Source: Eledone cirrhosa (lineage: Eukaryota). From it: 64,000 bases of DNA. Under the pieces are notes generated by a model. The model was given only the letters and a program-made list of their open reading frames with translations. It was not told where the DNA came from and ran no database searches. This document shows, piece by piece, positions 38,641 through 50,479 of the stretch. Each line of letters opens with the position of its first letter. Position 1 is the first letter of the stretch. A program made the translations under genes and the position numbers. The stretch spans positions 173,662,001-173,726,000 of the forward strand of contig OZ024740.1 of NCBI GenBank assembly GCA_964016885.1, read 5' to 3'.

Positions 38641-38685
38641 CATGGAACTCTTTTAACCATCTTTTGATCTTATATTATATATATA

Positions 38686-39437
38686 TCTAAAAATGAAAGG
38701 CAGGCTGTATGATGCCTGCATACGAACAGCAATGTTACATGGCAGTGAGACCTGGGCATTGTGTGCAGGGGATATACGCAGACTGGAGAGGAACGAAGCT
38801 TGCATGTTCCGCTGGATGTGTAATAGTAATATACGTGAACGGCAAAGCATAAATGAACTAAGGGAGAAATTAGGAATAAGAGGGATCAGATGTTGTTTAC
38901 TCAAGAGAAGACTACGTTGGTATGGTCACGTGATGCGCATCAAAGACGACAGCTGTATAAAAAAGTGCAGGGCGATAAAAATAGACGGTAGCCACGGAGT
39001 AGGCAGACCCAGAAAAACCTGGCATGACCTCACACACTTACACCTCTCCAAGACAATGTCACTGGACCGAGATCTTTGGTGCTACACAGTAATACAGAAG
39101 ACCCGCCTTGCCTAAGTACAAAGCGCAACCTACAGTCAGTAGGCACCTCTAACAAAAATACACCCCCGGCCCCACTAGCCCCACCCCATCCACAACACCC
39201 CTTTCAATGTAAAGTTATGTTGGTACCACAACATCCAGTCTGAAACAAATGAGGTCGTGTAGATGTCACGACAAAAAAACACACAGTCCATGCTGTAATG
39301 TGGCCGTGTAGGTAACACGGTAAAAACCTCCCAGTCCACACTGTAAACGTGGTTGGTGTTAGGAAGGGCATCCAGCCATAGAAAACCTGCCAGACAGTCC
39401 TATACGAGCAAGACAACCAATCTTGCCTCAAGTGGGA
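38686..39437 (+). mobile_element. RTE LINE 3' fragment, same subfamily as 46277-47567, lacking the final tail
   Basis: ORF 38693-39115 is nearly identical to the end of ORF 46331-47182; shared 3' UTR. Confidence 0.9.
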
Positions 39438-39524
39438 AAATTAAATCAAAGCGAAAGTAAGAGGGAGGGGTTATCAATTATAAAGTAACACTAGAAAAAA
39501 TAGAAAACATACAGAGGTTCGTAC

Positions 39525-39669
39525 ACACATATATATATATAAAAATATATATATATATACGTACAGACAAAAGCACATACATGCGTACATACATACAAAA
39601 GCGCGCATACATACACACGAAGCACATATATATACATACATGTACATCTAATCACACGCACGCACGCGA

Positions 39670-39724
<55 letters not shown>

Positions 39725-39860
39725 TAAGTATGTAAAAATCATAGATATAAAAACACACACACACACATATACACATACACGCGCACATACGAATGCATTC
39801 GTATACATATACAAACACGTATACACACATATGCACACTTACATGCATACATACAATATA
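39525..39860. repeat. Compound (TA)n/(CA)n microsatellite; similar tracts at 42610-42790, 46095-46190, 52642-52690, 57750-57810, 61298-61370, 63875-63930
   Basis: Directly visible simple repeats. Confidence 0.95.
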
Positions 39861-40166
39861 AAAACCAGCCGTATGAATAAATGAGTACAAATTATACGCA
39901 AGTAAACATACATAAAAGTGGTTGAGGGACAACCGAATATATCTGGAGTTGAAAACGCAAGTGACATGTGATATCAGGTAGTGAAAGAAAAGGGGGAAGT
40001 AAATTATGTAAAATTGTGAAGATATAAAGTAAGTGAATCAAAAAAGGGGGGGGGGGGGTGTCACTGGTGGATGTGAAGTAAAAATAAAGTTAAAAATAAA
40101 AGTAAAAGTAAATCAGAAAGAGAAGTCTGTAAAGAAGGTAAGTTAAGGAAAGTGAAGAACAAGAGT

Positions 40167-41935
40167 TTATGGAGGATAAGTATCTGAAAGTGAGTTAAGT
40201 GTATATGAGCTGGAAAGCAAGTGTGATTTCATGTGTGGGCAACTGGTGAACATTTCTGTTTTTGCATTTAGGCAGGTTTTTGGTGATTTAAGATTCTGTA
40301 AAATCCAATATTTTTCACTTATGCAGAGTACGCATCTTGTTCCTCTTGCATATTCTTTAGATTGGTTCAAAATTGACCAATCTAATTTATATTGGATACC
40401 TTGGTCTTTCAAATCCCATATTCTGCTAGCCAGAGCTGTTGTAAATCTTTTTTCAGGATGTCGGAAAGATGCGACATGTGAGTAATAACGTGTTTTGAAT
40501 TTGTCTTGTGTCATACCCACATATCGTTCGCTGGTGACTGGTAGTTTGTTGCTGGTGGTTGTCACTTTAGCCGCATATACAATGGCTTTGGTGTTGCATT
40601 TACCTTGTAATGGGCATTCACTTTTGACTCTACAGGAGCAATTTTGATGTTCTCTGGGTATTTTCTTATTGAGGATATAATTAATAGGGGGACTGCAGGA
40701 GTAGCTGATTTTGACACAGTTTCTATTGAAGATCTTATAGTATCTATGTGTTCTAGGGAAATGTTTATCTAAGAGCTCTAGGAATTTTTTGCCTACATTA
40801 GTTTTAACTGCTAAAGAGTAGGGGGTTGTGAACCAGATTATTTTTCTTTTCCTATTATTATGTTTAAAGGAGTTAGTATTGTTGGGTATGCACTTAATTG
40901 GTTCGCTAAATCCGCTATTTTGAAGGGCTTTATTATAGTAGGGGGATGCCTTATTGAAAATAGCTTCTGAGGAAGAGAGGGTGGAGATCCTACGGCTAAT
41001 ATTAGGAATAAGATTTTAAAAAACTATAGGAGGATGGCAAGAGCTTTTATTTATATATTTTAAATTTTCATTAGGTTTATGGTACGGTTTATAAGAAGCA
41101 GTAGGCAGATCTAGGTTTATATCTAGAAAATTAACAGTAGAAAGGTTAGTGTCAATGGTAATTTTAAGATTAAAACTAGCGAAGGTTTTTATTAAGTCTT
41201 TCCTGAATCTATCTAAGTTATGGCCTATAGTGGTATGGGAAAGTATTAGACCATCATCGCGATAAAGCCCAAAGGTATGGTTAGGGAATTTCTCTTTAAG
41301 TATGTGTAGGAGGAATAGGCCAACTAAATCACACATGTCAGCACTGTCAAAAGAACCCATTGAGACATTGAATGGGTTCTCTGGGTTAGATTTTTTTACC
41401 CAAGTGTCATTATTAGTAAATAGTAAAGTGTTTCTAGCATGCAAAATGACATTCTCTTCAATATCAGAAATATTGATAATCTTTCTAGCGAAATTTAATG
41501 CTTTCATTAAAAGAGGGTGAGTAATAGACGGGTAGAAGTCTACAATGTTAAATTGGGTGAATCTAGAACTATTTTTATCTTTAATATTATTAAACCAATG
41601 TACTACGGAAGAGCTATTTATCCATTGGAGTAATTCAGACTTCTAATATGTTTGTTTATATTATTTAATATTTTTTTGCTAGCAAGGCCGATTTCAGTCT
41701 TAGCAGGGTTGATTAATCTACAACTAGGACGATTAATAAAATCAGGTTTGTGATCTTTGAGGGTGATATAGGCATTACGTTTAGCAAGTTTTTCTGTTCT
41801 ATTGTCTATTTTTAAAAAACTAGCTAATTCTTTAGCTTCCTTATTAATAGTATTATAGGTGTTTATATTAGCTATTTGGTATTTAGAGGTGAAGTTATCT
41901 GTTAAGAGTTGGTCATGTAAGTTATTATTATTCGT
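40167..41935 (-). mobile_element. Penelope-like element (RT and GIY-YIG endonuclease), 5'-truncated and frameshifted
   Basis: TLKDHKP..CRLINPAK, FNIVDFYPSI, MGSFDSADMCDLVG, GLYRDDGL, VNFLDI, YINKSSCHPP; C-terminal CNCR..CPL.GKC..AIVYAA, YVGMTQDKFKTRYYSH, CVLCISEK. Confidence 0.92.
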
Positions 41936-41944
41936 CAATCTCAA

Positions 41945-42560
41945 TAGCTGGTCCCTCTGTCGGATTTACTGAGGGTGTGTATATATATATATGTGTCGGG
42001 TTACTCTTGAGTGTTACCGGTAACATGTAACCCAGTACAACTTGTCGCATGGTCGGGTCGTTGGCGACTAAACTGGCAACCCCACCAAGTTTACTTGGTG
42101 AGGAGGGTGATTTTGGACACCCAGCAGGACAAAAAACAAAACCTGACAAAGGGCGGAAGAACTCATAAGAGTCAACGGCCATCCGAAAGTGTGTAAATAT
42201 GTATATGCACATGTACATATGTATATGTGTATATACATGGGTGCATGTGTGTGTATATACGCGGGGACATAGAGAAAGTCGGGCTGGACATCCTATCGCA
42301 CGGTTAAACCACTGGGAGTGGAGGACCCCTAGCCTTTGTCAGGGCATTCTTCTAGGAGAAGGCAACTCAGGAAACTGGGATAACTCCGATATAAAACCTG
42401 CGGCTCAGTATTTACCGATGATGTTGATCTTTTCTTCTTTTCGGGTTATAGCTACTGTCGCTCTGAGAGTGGGATTGGCTGAGTGCACAGTCTTTCCTCA
42501 CTTTAAAAAATATCTTCACGCACAGGCATTGCACGATAGAATTAATTAATAATTATTAAT
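41945..42560 (+). mobile_element. Probable 5' UTR region of an RTE-type element
   Basis: Contains CTTCTAGGAGAAGGCAACTC..AAACC, a motif I recall from RTE 5' UTRs, and a structured GC-richer segment at ~41998-42080; no ORF support. Confidence 0.45.
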
Positions 42561-42625
42561 AATGGTATATCGTGCAATGGCGATACTCGATGACAAGGGG
42601 GCAGCCATCATATACATATATGTAT

Positions 42626-42705
<80 letters not shown>

Positions 42706-42718
42706 GTATGTATGTGTG

Positions 42719-42751
<33 letters not shown>

Positions 42752-44009
42752 GTGTGTATATATACATATGTGTGTGTGTGTGTGTGTGTGAATATGGGAA
42801 TGTATTCATGTCTGTGTGTTTGTAATAAACACTTATTTTCCTACATGCAACTAGCTTTTAAGATGAGATTTTGTTTTCTGTTTCACAGTAATTGAATCCA
42901 GTCTACATTCATCATTTATCTCAACCCTCTGTTCTGACATTTGCGAAACTGGGTAGCTATGTACTTGTTACTATATGCTCTAAGCTGGAATGTTTTACAT
43001 TTGTTTCAGGGCTCCCTCTCTTAAAAAAAAGAAATTGTTTTAATTTATAGTTCTTTATTTTAATAGAATTCTAATCATGGTAACTTCTACTTCAACTGAA
43101 ATCACCCCCACCACTGACATCATCATCATCATAATTTCTCCCATAATTATGCCTAACCCTTATTAATTTATTGTTAAGGCTGTCATCATGTTACGTTCTA
43201 CTGACACCATTATCATCATTATTGTCATCAATATTGTTATAATGTCATCATTATAATTCTCATAATTACCTCCATTTTCAAAACTACATCTACATCATTA
43301 AAATAGTCACCAGTGCTGGGGAAGTGGCGTAAGGTGACAGATTTTTTTATAATTACAGCTGGCCGTCACCACCACCACCAATGCCGGGAGGGGGGAGGGG
43401 GCCCCCACCACAACTACCTACCATCCACCACCTTCAACATCAATGCAAAGTCTACAAATATTGTTCCCAGCGCTGGATTATTTTTATGCTTATATGTCTC
43501 CCCACCGCCACCTCACTCCAAAAACTGCTTGTAAGTTTGAGGAGTCAATGTCTGTAAGAGAAGCCAATTTAAAGACCTGGGATGACATAATACTATTTTG
43601 GGAAGAGACATGTAGTACTGGCAATAAAAGTACCGGAGTAATGGTGGCAGTGGAAGTGGGGGTAATATTAGTGATAATGCTGTTGGTGTCAGGTTACTGT
43701 TCATATAATTCCCTGCTGTCTGTTGTTCACACTATTTAAGATATGGTTCGTTGTCATTTATTTTTTTCATAACCACGTTAACAGTGTCTACATTTTAGTA
43801 TATTAAACTAATAGTGGGTGTCTTCTTTACATCATATCCAGGGCTACAGAATTGTAGTCCTAGATATAGTTGGATTACAGATATATTTATATTACAGGGA
43901 AATTAGATATGGCAGTATCTAATTTTTAATTCTTGAGAAATGTCTACTTTACTGCATATATGGGGAACTGGTACAGTGAATTTAGGAATAAAATCATTAT
44001 TTTATAGTT

Positions 44010-45890
44010 TATATTATAGCAGTCCTTATCAGTGTGTATTCAGTACCATACCAGTGTCTAATGTACTGTGTATTCAGTACTATGTTTGAGTCTATAACAA
44101 TATATATGCAGTACTATAGCATCTACTGCACTGCATATTCAATAACATAGCAGTATCTGTTACACTATATACGGCATATATAGTACTATAGTATCTACTA
44201 CACTGTATATTCTATAGTATATTATTGACTATCTATATATATAAAACTGATGTCTGTGTGTGTGTGTGTGTGTGTCCTCATTTTTGCAAAGTCTATACAT
44301 ATCCACATTTCTACTCCGATTGACTTCAAACTTGCATTTATATATTCCTTGTGGTCTAAAGATATTAACTGCAGCTTTTATTTTTCAATTTTCTGTTGTT
44401 AAAGGGGTGTTAGGCACCGGTTATCCATCTCCGTCGCGCTCTTATAATATCTGTCTGTATGCCTGGCTGTCTGCATTACGACATTCTGACGAACATTGAT
44501 GGCATATTATCTTCGCTATTATCCGTTCATTGCCAGGGAACGTCTTCACGAACCAAAGTATCGTCTTCCTGTTTTCCTTCGGTTGCAACGTTTTTTGAAA
44601 TATTTACTTCTGCGTTCACAGATTGACGTGTTTAGTTTCAGAAGATCCCACTAAGGGTGAAAGCAACGATTCTTTGCTTAAACTTTAATCTGTTATTTTA
44701 ATCTATATATGTATATATATAAAACTGAGGAAGGATGTATGTATGTGTGTGTGTATGTGTGTATGTGTGTGTGTGCAACCGAGAAGTACCCAACCGATCT
44801 TTTTCAAACTTTACATGTGTATTACTTAAATTTCAGGGAGTGTTATGCACATAAAAAAAATTAAACTTTTTGATCCCCTAGGGCCTGCATTAGGTGAAAA
44901 ACTGCATTTTTTCCAGCTTTTTAGGTTTTTTTTGAGGCGTTACGTTAGACCGATTTTCTTGAAATTGTAACTATGCATTAGACAGTCTCTTCTTCATACT
45001 GTGAGTAAAGAAAATCCATGAAAAACTTCATTTTTTTTCAGCTTTTTAGGGCTTCTTTGAGGCGTTACGTCCAGCCGATTTTCCCGAAATTTAAAGGCAT
45101 ATTATGCACATAAAAAAATTCATTTTCTTGATCCCCTAGGGCCCGCATTAGGTGAAAACCTGCCTTTTTCCTGCTTCTTAGATTATCCAGCCATCAGAGT
45201 ATTCGGTTTATTTTCTTTACATATTGTCCAGGCATGCAGTTTTTCCACGATTAGGTCTGTTGGCGGCCCGCGTTCCAAAATACCTTATCCCGTGCAACGC
45301 CTGGTACCACTGCTAGTACTGTATATACAGCATTATAGCAGTCTACAACACTATGTAAAGTACTATAACACTACAACCAGTCTACAACATTATATCCAGT
45401 GCTATAGCACTGTATGTATCACTGTATATCCAGTACTATAGCAGTTTCTACAACACTATATCCAGTTCTATAGCAGTGTCTAAATCACTATATATCCAGT
45501 ACTATAGCAGAGTTAACAACACTATATATTCAGCACTATAGCACCATCTACATCACTATATATCCAGTACTATAGCTGTGTCTATTACACTATATATTCA
45601 GTACTATAGCACCATCTACACCATTATATATCCAGTACTATAACAGTGTCTATACAACACTGTATATCCAGTGGTATAGCTGTGCCTGTTACAATGTATA
45701 TCCAGTACTATAGTAGTGTGTGCTATAAAGTATATTCAGTTCTATAACAGTCTTTACTATACTATTTCTACAATGCTATAACAGTGTTCACTATCCTGCA
45801 TATATCATAGTATAGCAGTATCTACAGCACACTATATTCAGTACTATAGCTGTATCTGTTGTAGTGTTTACCTTGTACTATCACAGTGTA
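44010..45890. repeat. Degenerate ~34-bp minisatellite (approx. CACTATATATCCAGTACTATAGCAGTGTCTACAA), split by a Helitron
   Basis: The CAGTACTATAG core recurs every ~32-36 bp in ~44010-44231 and ~45317-45890. Confidence 0.85.
44232..45316 (+). mobile_element. Non-autonomous Helitron
   Basis: 5' TCTATATATATAAAA; 3' CCCGTGCAACGCCTGG hairpin followed by ..CTGCTAG; inserted between A and T without TSD; a second 5' end at ~44702. Confidence 0.82.
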
Positions 45891-46276
45891 TTTTAGAGAG
45901 TGTTGGGGTTGCAGAGTATTCTCTGCAACCCCAACACTCTCTAAAATACACTAAAATAATCTAGGTGCTTAGGTTTTGGCAAATAAATGATTTTTCTTCT
46001 GACATATTACTTTACTAATTAGGATGAACTGTTTCATTGCAAGGAAACTGAAATAGCATCTTTGGAAGGTGATATTGGTGTTTATTAATATTGTTCGTGC
46101 GTGTGTGTGTGTGAGTGAATGTGTGTGTGTGTGTGTGAATGTATGTGAATGTGTGTGTGTGTGTGTGTGTGCGAACGTGTGTGTGTGTGTGAGATCCTAA
46201 TAGACACGCGTTGAACGGTTGATGTGAATGTATGTGAATTGTGAATATGAATGTGTGTGAGTGTGTGTATTCATAT

Positions 46277-47567
46277 TAATATTTAGAAACATGGAAGCAT
46301 GGCCTAGAATCAAAAGGCCTTAAAATTAACTTGTCTAAGACTAAAGTTCTAGTATGTAGGAAGGAAAATAGGGCACTGGTCCCCTCTGGGAAATGGCCAT
46401 GCTCAGTGTGTAGGAAAGGAGGCAGAAACTCCATTTTATGTCCCAAATGCAAATTATGGGTGCATAAAAGATGTAGTGGGATTACAGGTAAGCTAACTAA
46501 GAACATAGATTTTATATGTGGCCGGTGCTCAGGTGCAATAAGTAGTAGCAAGTGCCCACAGGATACTAGCTCTTTCCATTGCCCAGATGGTTCTATAGAA
46601 ACAGTGGACACCTTCCGTTACCTGGGTGACAAAATCAGCAGTGGTGGAGGGTGCTCTGAAAGTACAGTAGCTAGAGTCAGAACGGGATGGAAAAAGTACA
46701 GAGAGCTTATACCACTATTGGCTGCTGAAGGTTTCTCCCTAAAAATGAAAGGCAGACTGTATGATGCCTGCATACGAACAGCAATGTTACATGGCAGTGA
46801 GACATGGGCATCGTGTGCAGAGGACCTGCGCAGACTGGAGAGGAACGAAGCTTGCATGCTCCGTTGGATGTGTAATAGTAATATACGTGAACGGCAAAGC
46901 ATAAATGAATTAAGTAAGAAATTAGGAATAAGAGGGATCAGATGCTGTTTACTCAAGAGAAAACTACGTTGGTATGGTCATGTGATGCGCATGAAAGACG
47001 ACAGCTGTATAAAAAAGTGCAGGCCGATCAAAATAGACGGTAGCTACGGAATAGGCAGACCCAGAAAAACCTGGGACAACTTGATAAATTCCGACCTTAC
47101 ACACTTACACCTCTCCAAGACAATGTCACTGGACCGAGATCTTTGGTGCTATGCAGTAATACAGAAGACCCGCCTTGCCTAAGTACAAAGCGAAACCTAC
47201 AGTCAGTAGGCACCTCTAACAAAAATACACCCCTGTCCCACTACCCACACCCCATCCACACCACCCCTTTCGATGTAAAGTTATGTTGGTACCACAACAT
47301 CCAGTCCTAAATAAATGAGGTCGTGTAGGTGTCACGACAAAAAAAAAAACACACAGTCCACGCTGTAATGTGGCCGTGTAGGTAACACGGTAAAAACCTC
47401 CCAGTCCACACTGTAAACATGGTTGGTGTTAGGAAGGGCATCCAGCCGTAGAAAACCTGCCAGACAGTCCTATACGAGCAAGACAACCAATCTTGCCCCA
47501 AGTGGGACAATTCCCGTCTAAACCCATGCTAGCGTGGAAGATAGACGTTAAACGATGATGATGATGA
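46277..47567 (+). mobile_element. RTE LINE 3' fragment with a 283-aa open C-terminal region containing the PHD-like finger
   Basis: ORF 46331-47182; complete 3' UTR and (GAT)n tail. Confidence 0.92.
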
Positions 47568-47598
47568 GAAGAAATGTTTTGAAATACAGTCAGTTATA

Positions 47599-47796
47599 CA
47601 AGGGTCAGCTGAAAAGTTCATAGGCTGATTATGAAGAAGAGATGCTAAAGCTGTGAAATCTTGCATGCATTAATTTCAACTCTTCTTATTAATAGCTGTA
47701 TCGTTTCTTTCCAGGAACTATGTTGAAAAATAAACCTCATTTGGTCATTCCATGAGAGTATCTTGGTCAGCCTATGTACTTTTCAGCAGAGCCTTG
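47599..47796. mobile_element. Mariner-type MITE (198 bp)
   Basis: TA flanks; ~30-bp TIRs CAAGGGTCAGCTGAAAAGTTCATAGGCTGA / TCAGCCTATGTACTTTTCAGCAGAGCCTTG. Confidence 0.85.
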
Positions 47797-48081
47797 TATA
47801 CCCATATATATGCACAAATGAATACACATGAGAACACACATACACATGTATGTATGTATATTAACAATGAAGCATATGTCTTGTACGCACTACTTTCCCC
47901 TTCATCCTTCCATACACCTCCACGCCCTAACAACTCTCCTCTGTCCATGTCCCTCCCCCTCTTGCACCTCCCATGTCCTAACACTCCACCCATGCCCGAA
48001 CACACCCCAACCCCTCATACACACTTCTAGATCTACCTCCCGAATCCCCGTCCCATCCAAGTCCTCAGCCCACACTATAGA

Positions 48082-49281
48082 GTGGTTGTGATGGTGTCAC
48101 GACAAAAAGCCTCCAGTCCACACTGTAAAGGTGGTCGTGTAGGTGTCACGACAAAAAGCCTCCAGTCCACACTGTAAAGTGGTCGTGTAGGTGTCACGAC
48201 AAAAAGCCTCCAGTCCACACTGTAAAGTGGTCGTGTAGGTGTCACGACAAAAAGCCTCCAGTCCACACTGTAAAGGTGGTCGTGTAGGTGTCACGACAAA
48301 AAGCCTCCAGTCCACACTGTAAAGTGGTCGTGTAGGTGTCACGACAAAAAGCCTCCAGTCCACACTCTAAGTGGTCGTGTAGGTGTCACGACAAAAAGCT
48401 CCCAGCCCACACTGTAAAGTGGTCGTGTAGGTGTCACGACAAAAAGCCTCCAGTCCACACTGTAAAGTGGTCGTGTAGGTGTCACGACAAAAAGCCTCCA
48501 GTCCACACTGTAAAGTGGTCGTGTAGGTGTCACGACAAAAAGCCTCCAGTCCACACTGTAAAGGTGGTCGTGTAGGTGTCACGACAAAAAGCCTCCAGTC
48601 CACACTGTAAAGTGGTCGTGTAGGTGTCACGACAAAAAGCCTCCAGTCCACACTGTAAAGGTGGTCGTGTAGGTGTCACGACAAAAAGCCTCCAGTCCAC
48701 ACTCTAAGTGGTCGTGTAGGTGTCACGACAAAAAGCCTTCAGTCCACACTGTAAAGTGGTCGTCTAGGTGTTACGACAAAAAGCCTCCAGTCCACACTGT
48801 AAAGGTGGTCGTGTAGGTGTCATGACAAAAAGCCTCCAGTCCACACTCTAAGTGGTCGTGTAGGTGTCACGACAAAAAGCCTTCAGTCCACACTGTAAAG
48901 TGGTCGTCTAGGTGTTACGACAAAAAGCCTCCAGTCCACACTGTAAAGTGGTCGTGTAGGTGTCACGACAAAAAGCCTCCAGTCCACACTGTAAAGGTGG
49001 TCGTGTAGGTGTCACGACAAAAAGCCTCCAGTCCACACTGTAAAGTGGTCGTGTAGGTGTCACGACAAAAAGCCTCCAGTCCACACTGTAAAGTGGTTGT
49101 CTAGGTGTCACCACAAAAAGCCTCCAGTCCACACTGTAAAGTGGTCGTCTAGGTGTCACGCCAAAAAGCCTCCAGTCCACACTGTAAAGTGGTCGTCTAG
49201 GTGTCACGCCAAAAAGCCTCCAGTCCACACTGTAAAGTGGTCGTCTAGGTGACATGACAAAAAGCACCCAGCGTGCACTGT
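48082..49281 (+). repeat. Tandem array of 25 copies of a 47-49-bp unit (GTGGTCGTGTAGGTGTCACGACAAAAAGCCTCCAGTCCACACTGTAAA) within an RTE 3' UTR, followed by the normal RTE tail to ~49448
   Basis: 25 CAAAAAGC cores counted, no spacers. The unit is homologous to the module present about twice in other RTE 3' UTRs (6265, 11970, 39250, 47318). Confidence 0.95.
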
Positions 49282-50479
49282 AGATGTGGTTGGTGTTAGG
49301 AAGGGAATCCAGCCATAGAAACCAAGCTAAAACCAGTTCTGTATGAGCAAGACAGGGTCATCAGACCTGGCTTGTCTCACAATGGGGCAACTCATCTAAC
49401 CCATGCTAGCATGGAAAATGGACGTTAAACGGTGATGATGATGATGATATAATATATACTAGTAAGTCTGCACTGTCAAAATTGAAGGCGATTCATATAT
49501 ATATATTAAAAGTTATTCATATGCATGACTTATGCATAGGAATAGGAGAAAAGTCTACAGAATTTAAAGCTCCGGCAATGGATGAATTGAAGTGGAAGGG
49601 AAGGAAGGTTTCCTAGATGGATTAGACCTTCTCCGGCGGCAACCTTGAGCATTTGGCAACTAGCCAGGCCTCACTGTTCATTAGGTCAAAGAGGCCAAAC
49701 TTTCGAAATATAGGTTGCTCTCTGATAGGTTTGTGATTGAACCTGTAGCAGTGGAGATTTCCGGCATCCTTGACCCCCGCCCCATCCCGGACCCAACGGA
49801 GCGAGCCCTGTGAATGGCTTTTCCAATGCATCTCCCTCATCATTCTCCAAGACAACATTTTCTTTATTCTGTCTGCTGGGACCAGGAGGCAGCATACACA
49901 TGGGCTGCCACACATCAGAGAATGTTCCCCCACTTTGTTTGGTCAACTATAAATTTAGATAGATAGACAGACTAGCGAAAACTATTTTCCTATATACTTT
50001 ATGTGAGAACGCTTTCTAAATATAAGTCATTAGGAAATTAGAGATGGGTATTGTATTAGGGCATGTTGGTATATTACTTTCATTTGCTGTAAATATATAA
50101 AACTTATATCTTTCCTCTCTGGTGGCTGTATACGATTACTTTCCTAAAAAAATATAAACATATTATTGGATTAAGATAACCAGTAAAAATGTCACCTCCC
50201 TAAGCCAAATAGGGAAAATAGATAGTTATTTAACATGCCCATACAAAAGTTGCTCTGTTTATAAATAATGAAGATAAATGCATGAAATGTTCAGTGAAGA
50301 TTCCAAACTGAATTTTTTGAAGTATAGTGCAAAAAGATTTCATTATATTTACGGATTATTAAATCAAATAAACAACTTAATGTAATAAAATATGAGCAAA
50401 AACTTGAAAAAAGTTACTTTCTGTAAGGAAGTTTCTTGAAATATATCAAGGGAAATGTTCCAGATGATATGGCTTGAAA

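Noticed and set aside
39491-39932. YI/CV-rich ORFs here and at 42546-42895, 61074-61441, 63662-63940
   Set aside because: Translations of dinucleotide and tetranucleotide microsatellites.
48075-49267. Repetitive ORFs (DWRLFVVTPTRPLYSV)n
   Set aside because: By-products of a 48-bp unit; frames are broken by 47- and 49-bp variants and there is no splice or start context.
48082-49281. CRISPR-like appearance of the hairpin-containing 48-bp array
   Set aside because: Units are directly adjacent with no unique spacers, there are no cas genes, the context is eukaryotic, and the unit derives from the RTE 3' UTR.
49566-49950. GC-richer segment with short ORFs on both strands
   Set aside because: No recognisable motif; probably a transposon fragment but unassignable.
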